Shown here in pieces: positions 24,701 to 35,475 of a stretch of 64,000 nucleotides of DNA. Both the position numbers and the translations under genes were made by a program. This stretch comes from Takakia lepidozioides (taxonomy: Eukaryota > Plantae > Bryophyta): positions 5,270,001 to 5,334,000 of the forward strand of contig CM060731.1 in assembly GCA_030704615.1 (NCBI GenBank), written 5' to 3'. Below the pieces are notes generated by a model that saw nothing but the letters and a program-made list of their open reading frames with translations, had not been told where the DNA came from and did not search any database. Position 1 is the stretch's first letter. Each line of letters opens with the position of its first letter.

Positions 24701-27548
24701 GACCGTGCAGCAGACCAACGAATCCAGCTAGCAGATTGCCCATCAGCAGACTGTGCAGCACACTGGCGAACCTACTCAGCAGATGGCCGAGCAGACTATC
24801 CAGGAGACTAACAACCAGTCTGTTCCCTGGATTGTGCAACAGACTCGGATGCACTGGCCTCACCGGGACCCTGTGGACGAATTTCTGCTGAGTTCCCAAC
24901 AACATGTTTTTGGATCTGCCAGTATGAGTGTTTTGACCGAGTCCACTTTTCCCCCAGGCACATTCACTGACGACGTCATCAGGTCACCTGTAAAGCATTC
25001 TTATCCAGCTCCCCGTGGCCTGCCTTCTATGACCTTCCAGGTTAGTCCGGTTTTCGTGCGCTCAGTGGCGAAAGCCATAGATGAGTCATACGTGATGACC
25101 GAACTCAATCTGGGAACGCAAAACCGTATCATAGATCTTACAAAAGAGTCTGAGGAAGCAATTGCCGGTGGGTCTTCCATACATGTTCTTGATGTTTCCC
25201 AAGTCCATGGAGATCCGAACACCCAGCCGGCTGTCCACCAGACTGACCAGCACACTGAACAGTGGACACATGGAAGGACTGCCGAGCAACGTGTGGCGGG
25301 GCAGCATACTGTCTTCATTGATGAGCAAACTGAACCGCAGACTAACCAGCAGACTGCACAGGTCACAGATGGAAGGACTGACCAGGATGGCTCGGAGCGG
25401 CAGACTGCACAGCTCAGCTCTGACTGCACAGTTCAGATTGCACGGCCTGACCAGCACACTGCACACTTCACAGAGGGAAGGACTGACGACCAACCTGCCA
25501 CCGAGCACATTGCCCACATTGAGGAAGAGACTGAACCGCAGAGTTGCCAGCAGACTGCACAGTTCACAGACGAAGAACCGGCGGCCGAGCAGACTGCCCA
25601 CATTGAGCAACAGACTGAACATGCTGGCAGGCACACTGACAAGGAACCACATGCGGCGCAGACACCGTCTGGTATAGCGCTGGATTACATGGAGTCTGCT
25701 CCCTCACCCCTTGGGCAGGTTGTGCCATTTCCTCTTTCAGCACTGTTGTTTATGTTTTAGCACATTGTGAAATTGGACTAATTCGACATTTTGCTCGGTA
25801 TCCTCACAGGATGTTCGTCCCTCCGTCGGCAGACTGTCTACTTCTGAGGACATGACATCTTCCGCCCATGCTGCAAACGTGGGATCGACAGCCAAGAAAG
25901 GTGTGGGGGTGAGCACGCCCCTCGATGCGCGGGTCAGTTCTACGCATGCGACCCACGAAGCTGCAAAGACAGGTCCAGCAAGTGTAAACAAACTGCTGAC
26001 CAGCCTCTGTTGCGAAGTAGGGCGGCAGCGCTGCGTTTGTCTGCTCTATCCAGCCCGCCTACAGCTGTCCCTGCTTCCCAGGGGAGAGGCAAAGCCAAGA
26101 AGCGGACTGTCGTGGACCATGCTGAGGAGGTCGAGGAGGGTCCGAGTACCAAGAGACCGGCGAAGAAAAAGTTTGGCGTCTTTATGAACAAGAACCGCAA
26201 GCTGGCCTTGGACATGGACAAAGATGTGGGTTGTTTCCTGGAGCAGCACAGGTGAGTACTGTGCTCAGTCTCCTCGTCTGTCTTTGTCGTTAAGTGCTTT
26301 GCGCTCTGTTGTGGTCAGTCTGCACACTGGTCAGTCTGCTGCTGGTTTCATCATTGTCTGTTGTGGTTAGTCTTGTCAGTCTGATGAATTGTTCAGCCTG
26401 TAGAGTGTTTGGTACCATGTTGACATCAGTCTGTTCAGTACATGAGGCTTCCCGAAGGATGGTCTGCTCTGTGCAGGATGGGTGCTCGGTTTGGCAAAGC
26501 ACATGCTCTGCACGTGAAGGCAGGTAATTCCATGCTGATGTTTTTTGAAGGGGACCCACGGTTTGAATGCGGACTGTCGCCGGATGACATAAAGGCGGTC
26601 CAAAAGGTTGAGTCGGAGTGCACAGATAGACTCATGGAGCTGTGGTGTCGATTCTATGAGAAGTCGGTTGAGGCTGCGTTCATTAACACTATTGCTGTTC
26701 TTCCAACGTCGACGTGGACGGTGTTGAAGTCATTGGGGGTGGGGCAACATGAAAGCCTTCTGGAGGTCTTGAAAGGTTGCCTCAGCACTGAACGACTGGG
26801 CAAGGACTTAAAAGAGTGCAATTTCATTTTGGTGCCAATTGGGGACGAGTAAGAACTCTTCTGAGTCTGCTGAGACTGTCTCCTGAGTCATAGTCTGGTT
26901 TTGCAGTGTCGTCTTGACTCTGAGCGATTAAGTTGACCTCTGTATTTGTGCAGTGGACTGGGTTTGAAGATTGAGTCTGCTGAGTGCTGAGTCTGCTAAG
27001 TGGTCGGTCTGCTGAGTGTCAGTCTGCTGAGTCTGCCCATCATGATTGTGCAATGACGCCATGTTGTTTGATACCATTGCAGGGGGCACTGGAGTGTTTG
27101 TATCATCGACCTCCGCAAGGGCTGTTACACTCACCTGAACTCTATCAGGGACTTGCATAAATGTCCCTTTGTTCTAGGGTGGATTCGGAAGCTTCATGCG
27201 CAGTGCTTAGGGTACTCGATGGATTCACCAGAGTGGCATGAGATTGTCCAAGCATTTCAGTTCCACGCGCCTGATGTGCCCCAACAACCATTCAGCTGGG
27301 AGTGTGGCTTTTACGTCATGTCATTCATTCAAGTGTTTTATGAGTGGGTAAAAGTCAAAGCAAATGTCTCCAAGACTGCAAAGCCAGAGAGAGGAACACC
27401 TTTCACGAAGGACTGGTTTACTTTCAAGTTTGCACTTGGGCAGCGAATGCAGTGTGCCCAGTATATCGTGCGGGGGTTTGGACAATGTAGAGAAATTGCT
27501 CTCATGAGTATAATGTACTTGTCATGTGAAGTCTATGTACCGAAATAA
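21731..27548 (+). pseudogene. MULE accessory gene: Zn-finger-like N-terminus, basic NLS-like tracts, Gln/Thr repeats, unknown helical domain, C-terminal Ulp1/C48 SUMO-protease-like domain
   Basis: CPFC-x12-HC (ORF 21656); PRKRKLSDG..KKKRQKKEK; introns at ~22690-23022, ~26252-26438 and 26849-27082. Spliced FILVPIGDE|GHWSVCIID..HLNS..PQQPFSWECGFYV is the C48 His/Gln/Cys signature, with Asn at the Asp position. In-frame TAG at 23274 and 24699; frameshift near 22150. It could be two genes rather than one. Confidence 0.8.
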
Positions 27549-28055
27549 AAAATGCGAGTCTTTTCGCGTACTATTCCAGTGGTGATGAGCATTTTTGTGT
27601 ACTGTGGGTGCTGGCATGTTTTGTAATGTTGTCACTAAACTCAATGGACACAATGGTGTCAATTTTTCCATGCACTGTGCACCCGAGTCTGCTGAGCTTG
27701 AATGTGCGAGCAGTACGTTGCCGAGGCTAGGACTGCTGGGTCTGGTACCTAGTCTGGGAGGCACCATGTCCATGAGTCCGCTGGAACGCTGGATTGGCAT
27801 AAGTTGCAAGGATGAGGTGGAAGTGTGGTGAGCAGACTTTTGGAGTGGGCAGCAGACTGACCAGCAGACTGGCTTACTAGCGCTCGCAGTCTGTTGACTG
27901 TGACTCTGTTGGGAGACTGTGCGTGAGTCCGTTGGGAGACTATGCTTGGGAGACAGTGTGGGAGTCAGTTGGGAGACTGGAGGAGTCCGTTGGGAGACTG
28001 TGCATTAGTCCATTGCGGACTTGTATTTCAGAAAGGGACAATGCTACCAGAAGAA

Positions 28056-28316
28056 ATTGCAACTTATATTGTCTTCTTCGTGACACCTACACGACATGTC
28101 ACCTTGTCTCTTTTCGAGGAATTGCAGACTTATATTGTCTTCTTCGTGACACCTACACGACATGAAACCTTGTCTCTTTTCGAGGAATTGCAGACTTATA
28201 TTGTCTTCTCCGTGACACCTACACGACGTGAAACCTTGTCTGTTTTCGAGGCATTGCAGACTTATATTGTCTTCTTCGTGACATCTACACGACCTGAAAC
28301 CTTGCAAATTTTCGAG
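28056..28316. repeat. Four tandem copies of a 66-bp unit at the 3' end of the transposase
   Basis: Units start at 28056, 28121, 28187 and 28253 (ATTGCAGACTTATATTGTCTTCTTCGTGACACC...). Confidence 0.92.
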
Positions 28317-31300
28317 TATATATGTGCTGCAGGTGCAGGTGCAGACACCCTCTTGCTGGTTCTCCGCAAAACCCTAGGCCGGGTTTTCCAGGCCTCCACG
28401 AAATCTCGTCTCCTTTTCAGAGACATGTTGTTGTTGTCGTTCAGAGGACGGAAAGCCTTCGCTGCCGCAAGGTGCAACATTCCAGCCGCACTTTTCGCCA
28501 GGATATCAACGAGCTGCCCTCTGCACATATGAAGAGCAGATCGGGCATGTGCCTCCAGGTATTTGTCATCACCTACAATGCGAAGTATGTCCGCGAATTC
28601 TTGTTCCAATGAGGCTGAGACCTCAGAGGTGCCTCGTCGTAGGGGAAGTCGTCCGGAGGATGTCTTTCCATGAACTGATTGGATTCGTCGATGCCGCCAG
28701 CACCATTGCCCAAGAGCAAGTTAGGTAATCCTCCATGAATGGTTCCCAGCGCCGTGCCACAAGCGCGCACAAGGAGGCCATCCTGCAGGTCAGGGTGAAG
28801 CATCTTCAGGACACGGACCTGATGCTTGCATAAGTTTCCCTTCATTGCCCATGGGCACGTGCAACAACCCCAATCGCAATCAGGATTGTAAACAATGTAT
28901 GTTGTGCCGGGGTGGTTGCTGCTGAGAACGTAGGCTGGTTCACCAGGACCCAAGGGAAGAGTAACACTCTCAGCAGGAATGTCTCGTGCCGCAAGTATAG
29001 AACTGGATATGTACTTTTCGTGTTTGTCATTTCTTATGAACCCGTGGGTCTTCAAATGGATTGCGTACCAGTAGTGTGTTAGCACACAGCCAGTGAGTTC
29101 CCATATAAGCCAGTCCACTCTACAACCACTCATCTTGCCTTTCCCCATGACAAGTCTTGCCTTCAGATTTCCATGGTATGCCTCAATGCTTGCGTTTGTG
29201 TCTTGGCTTGCATGAGGGACAGTGCGGGCTGCTGTACACCACATTGCTATTTTGGGCTTCCAGTACTGTTCGATATAGTCAAGAAATTCATGTCCTTTCG
29301 GGTATTTTGACCTCATACGACGGATTCTCCTTGCAACCCACCGAAGCGCTCTTTTCTCGTTGCGTGGTCCTCCTCTACAGTACATGAGGTCTCCCATATC
29401 CTTCAACAAGTTTACAGCGGTCACCGGATCCTTTGTTTTCTTGCATGATTGCTTCACCCATGCCTTGCGGACATGCCAAAGGCAGAGGAAAATGAGTACT
29501 CCTTCAAAAACAATTCTGCGCAACACACATGGTACACATTAGAGTCTTGGGATCGGACTGCAATGGTGGATTGCCGGAGTGGACTGTAACAGCGACCTGT
29601 ATCAGCGGGCAGAGCCACTGGACTCGCCCAGTGGACAGTACAATGCCATGACGTTGATGTGCTGGAATAACCCCATTGGACTACCCAGTGGACTTCCCCA
29701 TTGGACTTCCCCTAGCTAGGACTGGGGTAGCGGACTGCCCCAGGGACTGCTGAGTGGACTTGGCAGCGGACTTGGCAGCGGACTGCCGAGCGGACTTGCC
29801 GGGGACTGCCAGCGGACTTTCCAGGGGACTGATGACCGGACTTGACAGCGGAATACCAGTGGATTTTCCCAGCGAACTGCCATCGGGTTTTGCCACAGGA
29901 GTCTGCCAGTGGACTGTAGCAATGGACTGTTGCAGTGGACTTTGACAATGGACCGGTGCTGTGGACCAACAGACTTACCGAATAGCGTTGATTTCTGCTT
30001 CGGCATCGTCCACAATGAAGGCATTGGGTCGCCAGCTCGGCAAATCTGCGAGGAGTGAATCGCGCAAGGCTCTCATCCACGGAACCAGGTCTCTTGTCCG
30101 ATTCCTTTCGGATAGGATATAGGCAACTGGTATACCGTTCAACCACTCGTCGAAGACCATCAACGTGTACAATGGGAACTGTTGGAATGCACAATGTAAG
30201 ATGGTCAGAGCATGCAAATTCCGCTCAATTCTGCACGAGAAGACTTCATAAGAGTGATGAGGTCTGTAGCGGTTCACAATGGGTCTGCCTCTCGGTCTTC
30301 CGCAACGTACACAACCCTAAACATACAGAAAGGGTCAGCACACCAAATATTATGTGAATGTTGCATGGTACTATGCTATCATGCTCGTACAAGTCCATGG
30401 AATCGTTCGAATAGTACCTTGTCATGATTTGTCCCAAAGGTTGCATCACATGCAACGATACGGTCATGTCTTAGTTCCAGCATTCGTCGTTTCTGCCACG
30501 GAGTCTGTATGCCAATAGTGAATGTCAAATCTCCATCAAAATGCTCGAATGTTGGCTCTAATTTCTCCTCTTGATAGAAAAAAACGGATGCAGGATTCTG
30601 GTCTCTCCACATGCGCACACTCTCTGCATCATCGGCGAGCTTTTTGAAGGTTTGTCACGCACGTTTCTCGGCAAGGTTGCGAACATCTTGCTCCAACAAG
30701 AAATCATCGCGGGTCCATGCATCGCCCAAGCCGGTGTTGTTCATCACGTGCTCTTTATGCTCCATCATGATTTGGGCGACCGACAGGCCTCGGCACAAAC
30801 ACTCGACGACCCAGGCTTTCAATTCCTCGCTAATGTGTGGTGCATAGGCGTGGCGGGTGTTCCTGAACTCTGCGGACTTCCCATGCGAGGGTTTCCCTTG
30901 CGCATCTGTATGCTCCATGTTGTTATAGTACGTGAGGACACAGATGTCAGGGGTGAGATAGCATTGCTCGACCTTGAAACAGCATTGGCAACCACGTTTG
31001 TAAGACTCTCCATACTCCGACTTCTTTCTCCTTGGGCCTTTATGAGGGCAAGATGTTCCAGCACCCACAAGAGGTCCTCCACGCTTCTGTTTTGGATCCT
31101 CCACTATTACCTTGTTGGTGCGCTTGTCATCAGGACCGTAGCAGCATTGATACTTGGACAGAAAATTCTAAAATCGATATCCAACGACTTGAGGAAGCAT
31201 AAAATCAGAGAACTCGTGAAACAAAAAATGGCAACAGACATGCAATGAAACGTCAAAAGGACTGAGGATGGTGCACACATAATACTGGACAAAAATGTGT

Positions 31301-31601
31301 TGGCTCTGGGTGCTTTTCGCGAGCCGGGTTCCACTTTAGAATGGACATTCACCCAAAACTGAGTGGGGTAGTCCTCCAAACTCTCCTCTCCCAGGACGAA
31401 GTCACCAACTCTATCCCAAGGTATGCAGGCCTTTTCAACATTCACTCGCACACCCATAAACCCATATTGTGTCTCACTCTTCCAATGGAGATCCTTCCTG
31501 TTGAAGGGTCCTGGTTTTGCTGTTTGCAAACATTGTCGAAGAGGCCGTATAAGCGGGCTTTCCGTGATCAGTATATCATCGGGTTTTGCTTCCACGTCCA
31601 T
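28262..31601 (-). pseudogene. MULE DDE transposase with N-terminal Zn domain and C-terminal SWIM finger; near-intact
   Basis: Exons ~31601-31279, ~31153-30418, 30178-29979 and 29515-28262. Motifs YQCCYGPDD, KRGCQCCF, D (ACDATFG), D (IVDD), CLWH, E (IEAYH), SWIM CTCPWAMKGNLCKH. In-frame TGA at 30655-30657; frameshift near 28600. Confidence 0.92.
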
Positions 31602-31914
31602 GCCCTATACAGTACAAAGGACACGCTTCTGAACATGCAAGAAACGCGCCGCAGTACAAGACACGATCGACAACGTGCCAGGAGAACAGTGCGCACGTTC
31701 GCGGCTGCTGGCAAGTGGCAAGTGGCAGGGATGCAGGTTTGAATTGCAGCCCTCAAAAACGGAATGAAAAACAAATCGTGAGCACGCAAAACACAGTCCA
31801 ACAGGTCCCAAAGCAACAGCAGCTCCAACAAAATACATTCAACGGGTGAACGGATGGTTGCCCATCCAAATCATTTTTGTTAGCTTCCAAACTTTGCCAG
31901 CACGTTCCAGACAC

Positions 31915-32242
31915 TTATGGGAATGGACGGTGGCGATCCTGCGCCGTCATCGGACTGGATGGTAGGGGACTGGCCAGCGGACTGCCGGGCAGACTGGCGG
32001 ACTGGTAGACTGCTGGGCAGCGGACTGGCGGACTGGAGGGCAGTGGACTCATGGGCGGGGGACTGCCCGCGCGGCGGACGGGGGCGTGGCCGCGGTTGCT
32101 GCAGCCTCGCCCGTGGCTGGGCGACCGCGCGCAGCGGCGGGCGGGGCGGGCGGGGTGCTGGGGAGCCGGGCGTCCGTGCGTGGGGCCCACCGGCCACATC
32201 ACACGTGCCCATTGAAGACCCTATTATCTTAAAATGAGAGGC
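31915..32242 (-). repeat. Right TIR of the MULE (~328 bp)
   Basis: Ends CACGTGCCCATTGAAGACCCTATTATCTTAAAATGAGAGGC, followed by the TSD. Confidence 0.92.
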
Positions 32243-32423
32243 TTTGAATTGTCGTTGAAAATTTTGTTGAAATGAAAATTTTCAAATCTGACATGAACGT
32301 CAAATGACATTGAAAATGAAGATGACATTTCAAATCTGTCAGCTTCAAATTTGCATGTCCCAGCTGCATGTGTTCTCCCTTGCACTTTGTCACCAAAACT
32401 GTCATCCACATCCTAACGAGGTT

Positions 32424-32548
32424 ATAAATCTGGAGTTACAAGCCATCCATCCGCTATAAATCTGGAGTTACCAGCCATCCATCCGCTATTAATCTGGAGT
32501 TACCAGCCATCCATCCAGTGTAAATCCATCCATCCATCCATCCATCCA
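32424..32548. repeat. Three copies of a ~32-bp unit (AATCTGGAGTTACCAGCCATCCATCCGCTAT) plus a (CATC)n microsatellite
   Basis: Directly visible; followed by TATAAAA. Confidence 0.85.
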
Positions 32549-33444
32549 TATAAAAAGAGGGGAGGCCTTGGTGGGCCCATTAATCTCTTGTGCTCTTTGG
32601 AAATGGCCTCAAGTGTTGCTCACAAGGACGTGCTTGATGTTGCATTGAGGGGCGTTGGAGTTGTTTGCACCGTTTGATGCGGTACTGAAGCGGGCTTCGG
32701 ATGTGTTGGCGTCCATGGACGTGACACTGACGAATGCCTCGGAGACGTTGGCATCATTTCAGATTGCATCCAAAGAATTGGAAGTAGCGGCATCCTTGCA
32801 TGTTTGGGAGAGCCTCACAAGGGATCCCTCATTCCGGTGCGAAGAATGACCTTGCTACAAGGGGCAAGAGGGGTGCTTGAACACCACCTCCTGCTCCCGC
32901 GACCCCTGAAAAGGGCTTTGCAAAAAAACAAAAATAATAATAAGGATCCTTTCGGACTCACCCACGCGGTCTGGGAAAAAAAAAGGGAAAAAAGGGGAGT
33001 AGGCTTACCGTCGATCTGCACGTCAATCCCTCTCTGACTCTGAACAGTAATAAAACCCGAGGCTAAAGCTGGTAATCTTTATGATACCACCTAGTTTCCA
33101 GAGTTTGCTCATGTTTACCTGTTCCATGCTGTCCACATAGGCCTGGTTGAACTACATACCCATGTGCACTAGGAACATCTGGAGCAGCCTCAGGCGCGGG
33201 GTGATCAAGGTGCGTGTCTCTGCTAGTACCGAGGGCTTGGCCTCATGCACAGAAGAAACAACAAACATATACAAAAGAGCAAGTCAGTTCAGCCATGTGT
33301 ATCTCTCTTTCTCTCATGCAGTTGATTGAATGAGCTGCTAGACTGAAAAGTAAAATCTACCATGTATTGAAAAAAATACTAATAATCAAGTACATACAAT
33401 GAATAGACCATTGATAGAATATTTACCGTCATTGACAAAAACAA

Positions 33445-33632
33445 GGGTGTGGTATACTCTTCTCCCCAGTCCCTGGGCGGTGTCCCATTTCTCAGCCTCC
33501 ATGGCGCGGTTACTGTGAAAGAGGTTATTTTCTCCTCTCACTACAATTAAGGGGCCTGATTTGTGAGCTGTCGCTCCCAGATGTTTCCCTTAAAGAAAAG
33601 GAAAAAAAAAAAAAAAAAACTTAAAAAAAAAA
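33445..33632 (+). mobile_element. 5'-truncated tRNA-derived SINE with poly(A) tail
   Basis: Homologous to the reverse complement of 42876-43030; A-rich tail at 33596-33632. Confidence 0.8.
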
Positions 33633-35475
33633 GGCTTAGAATATTTTTAAGCATTTCAGGGAATTTTCTTCTCTATGGGCTGATTTCTGTCAGCTGAGCA
33701 GATAGACAATGAAGAGAATCTTAGGGGTGAATGCGGACAGGCCCAAGAATCATGAATGGAGTGTTTCAGTGGTGCTTGCTTGGGCAATGATGCCATGAGT
33801 GAAGGACCAGCTCAATGAATGAGTACTCTTGTATTCAAGTTAAATTAGTGGATGGATAACCTGAAAAAGTAGGATCAATAGTGCTCATTTCCAGTTCTCA
33901 TCGTGGGATCAGCAGTTGAAGGACTTTCCGATCTGTTATTGGGCAGGTGTGTTGACATGTGTTTATCCTCTGGTTCTTAGTAATAGCTGGTCACCTGCCT
34001 TCAAATCCCCGAAGGTTACAATATAACGACCTGGACAGATAACCAGGATGCCCATGAATACCCCCTCAACACTGGAAATTAGGATCTTAGAGGAGGGTAA
34101 TCAAGCCCAACTAAAATAATCCTCTTCAAATGTCAGATTAGCCTGATTCCACAAAAAATTGCTCTGAGGAGCATTTGGACCAGTCTCATGTTTTGGAATC
34201 TCTAGAGTTTTGCGAAAGGCGATCTAGCTCCCCTGTCAATTGGGTCTCAGCAACCGACATTTTGAAACATTGCTGAAGAGAAGAATTGGTGGCACAGCTC
34301 AGCCTATAGACACTGTAGTATTTGCACTCATGAACAGAGTTTTGGTACAGTTTTGGGCAATCAGAAGTTGTGGGGTCCTATGGTATTCTTGCGATCCTTG
34401 CAGGCATGCCAAGCAAGGACAGAGGACAGCTTTCAGGACTGTTTCACAGATAACAAGATGGGACCAGTGTTTTTCTTAAGAAATTTGGAAAACAGCACGA
34501 GTGGCTACAGAGTTTTGCAGAAAATAGCCATTTATTCTGTTCATCCACTGTAATTCATCCACCTATGTGCCATCATCCATATATATCATCCATATTTGGC
34601 GAATTCATCCATAATTTATTTTTTATTTGGAGAAATTTGGCGATTTCATCCATGAAAAAACAGTGGATTTGCGACAGAATATTCGATTCTATTTTTTGAG
34701 GTGCGATTATATGGGACATTGGGATTGGGAGACTTACCTTAAATGGACAGTTTACCAAGTTCGCATGGATAGAGTGAGCAGGACAATATAAAAATAATTT
34801 TCATGGATTAGCAAATCGAAAAGAAGTATGACCCAATTTTCCAGTTGAATTATAGTGATAATATGAAATAGATATGATTTTTCAAAGTCTCGGACTCGTA
34901 GACACCTATTTGTGACACATAGGCCCCCCCAAAAGCAAACAGAAATGATCCTATTATGGTTACTTTGTCATGCAATTTTAATTTTAATTGGTTGTAAAGT
35001 AGACATAAACATAGCCTTCTATGAATATAGCCTTTTATTTTATTTTAAAAGAAAAAAGAAAAAAATATGGTTAGACCTTAAATGGACATCATTGATGGCC
35101 AATGTGGCCAAGCGGAGTTAATGTATCAGGCACTGCTACTCTGACCTAAAATATCCCAGCTAACATCCTACTCTGACCTAAAATATCCCAGCTAACATCC
35201 TGTAAGGCCTAGGCTGAAGACCATCAATTGACCAATCACCCTAAATAAATATGTTTAGCTCTCAGAAGTGGTACTTGATATTGCATTAACCACATGTTGT
35301 CTTGAGCGAAACTCCTAGCCCCCGCTGCCCCAAAAATCCCAATGATTAACATATGTCTAACCCTCTTTGATCCTAAATCGGTCACATATTCCCCCTCAAT
35401 GTGGTCCCATTTCCTTAATGTCACTATAATGTAAAGGCATTGTCACTTTGAGATCAAACATAGGTGTCCATTTAA

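Larger units (their letters stand above)
19673..32242. mobile_element. Full-length Mutator-like element (MULE), 12,570 bp, two convergent genes
   Basis: Perfect 9-bp TSD TTTGAATTG at 19664-19672 and 32243-32251; long TIRs starting GCCTCTCATTTTAAGATAATAGGGTCTTCAATGGGCACGTG; contains a transposase (-) and a Ulp1-type accessory gene (+). Confidence 0.95.

Noticed and set aside
28056-28316. CRISPR-like array
   Set aside because: Contiguous 66-bp tandem units with no unique spacers; eukaryotic context; no cas genes.
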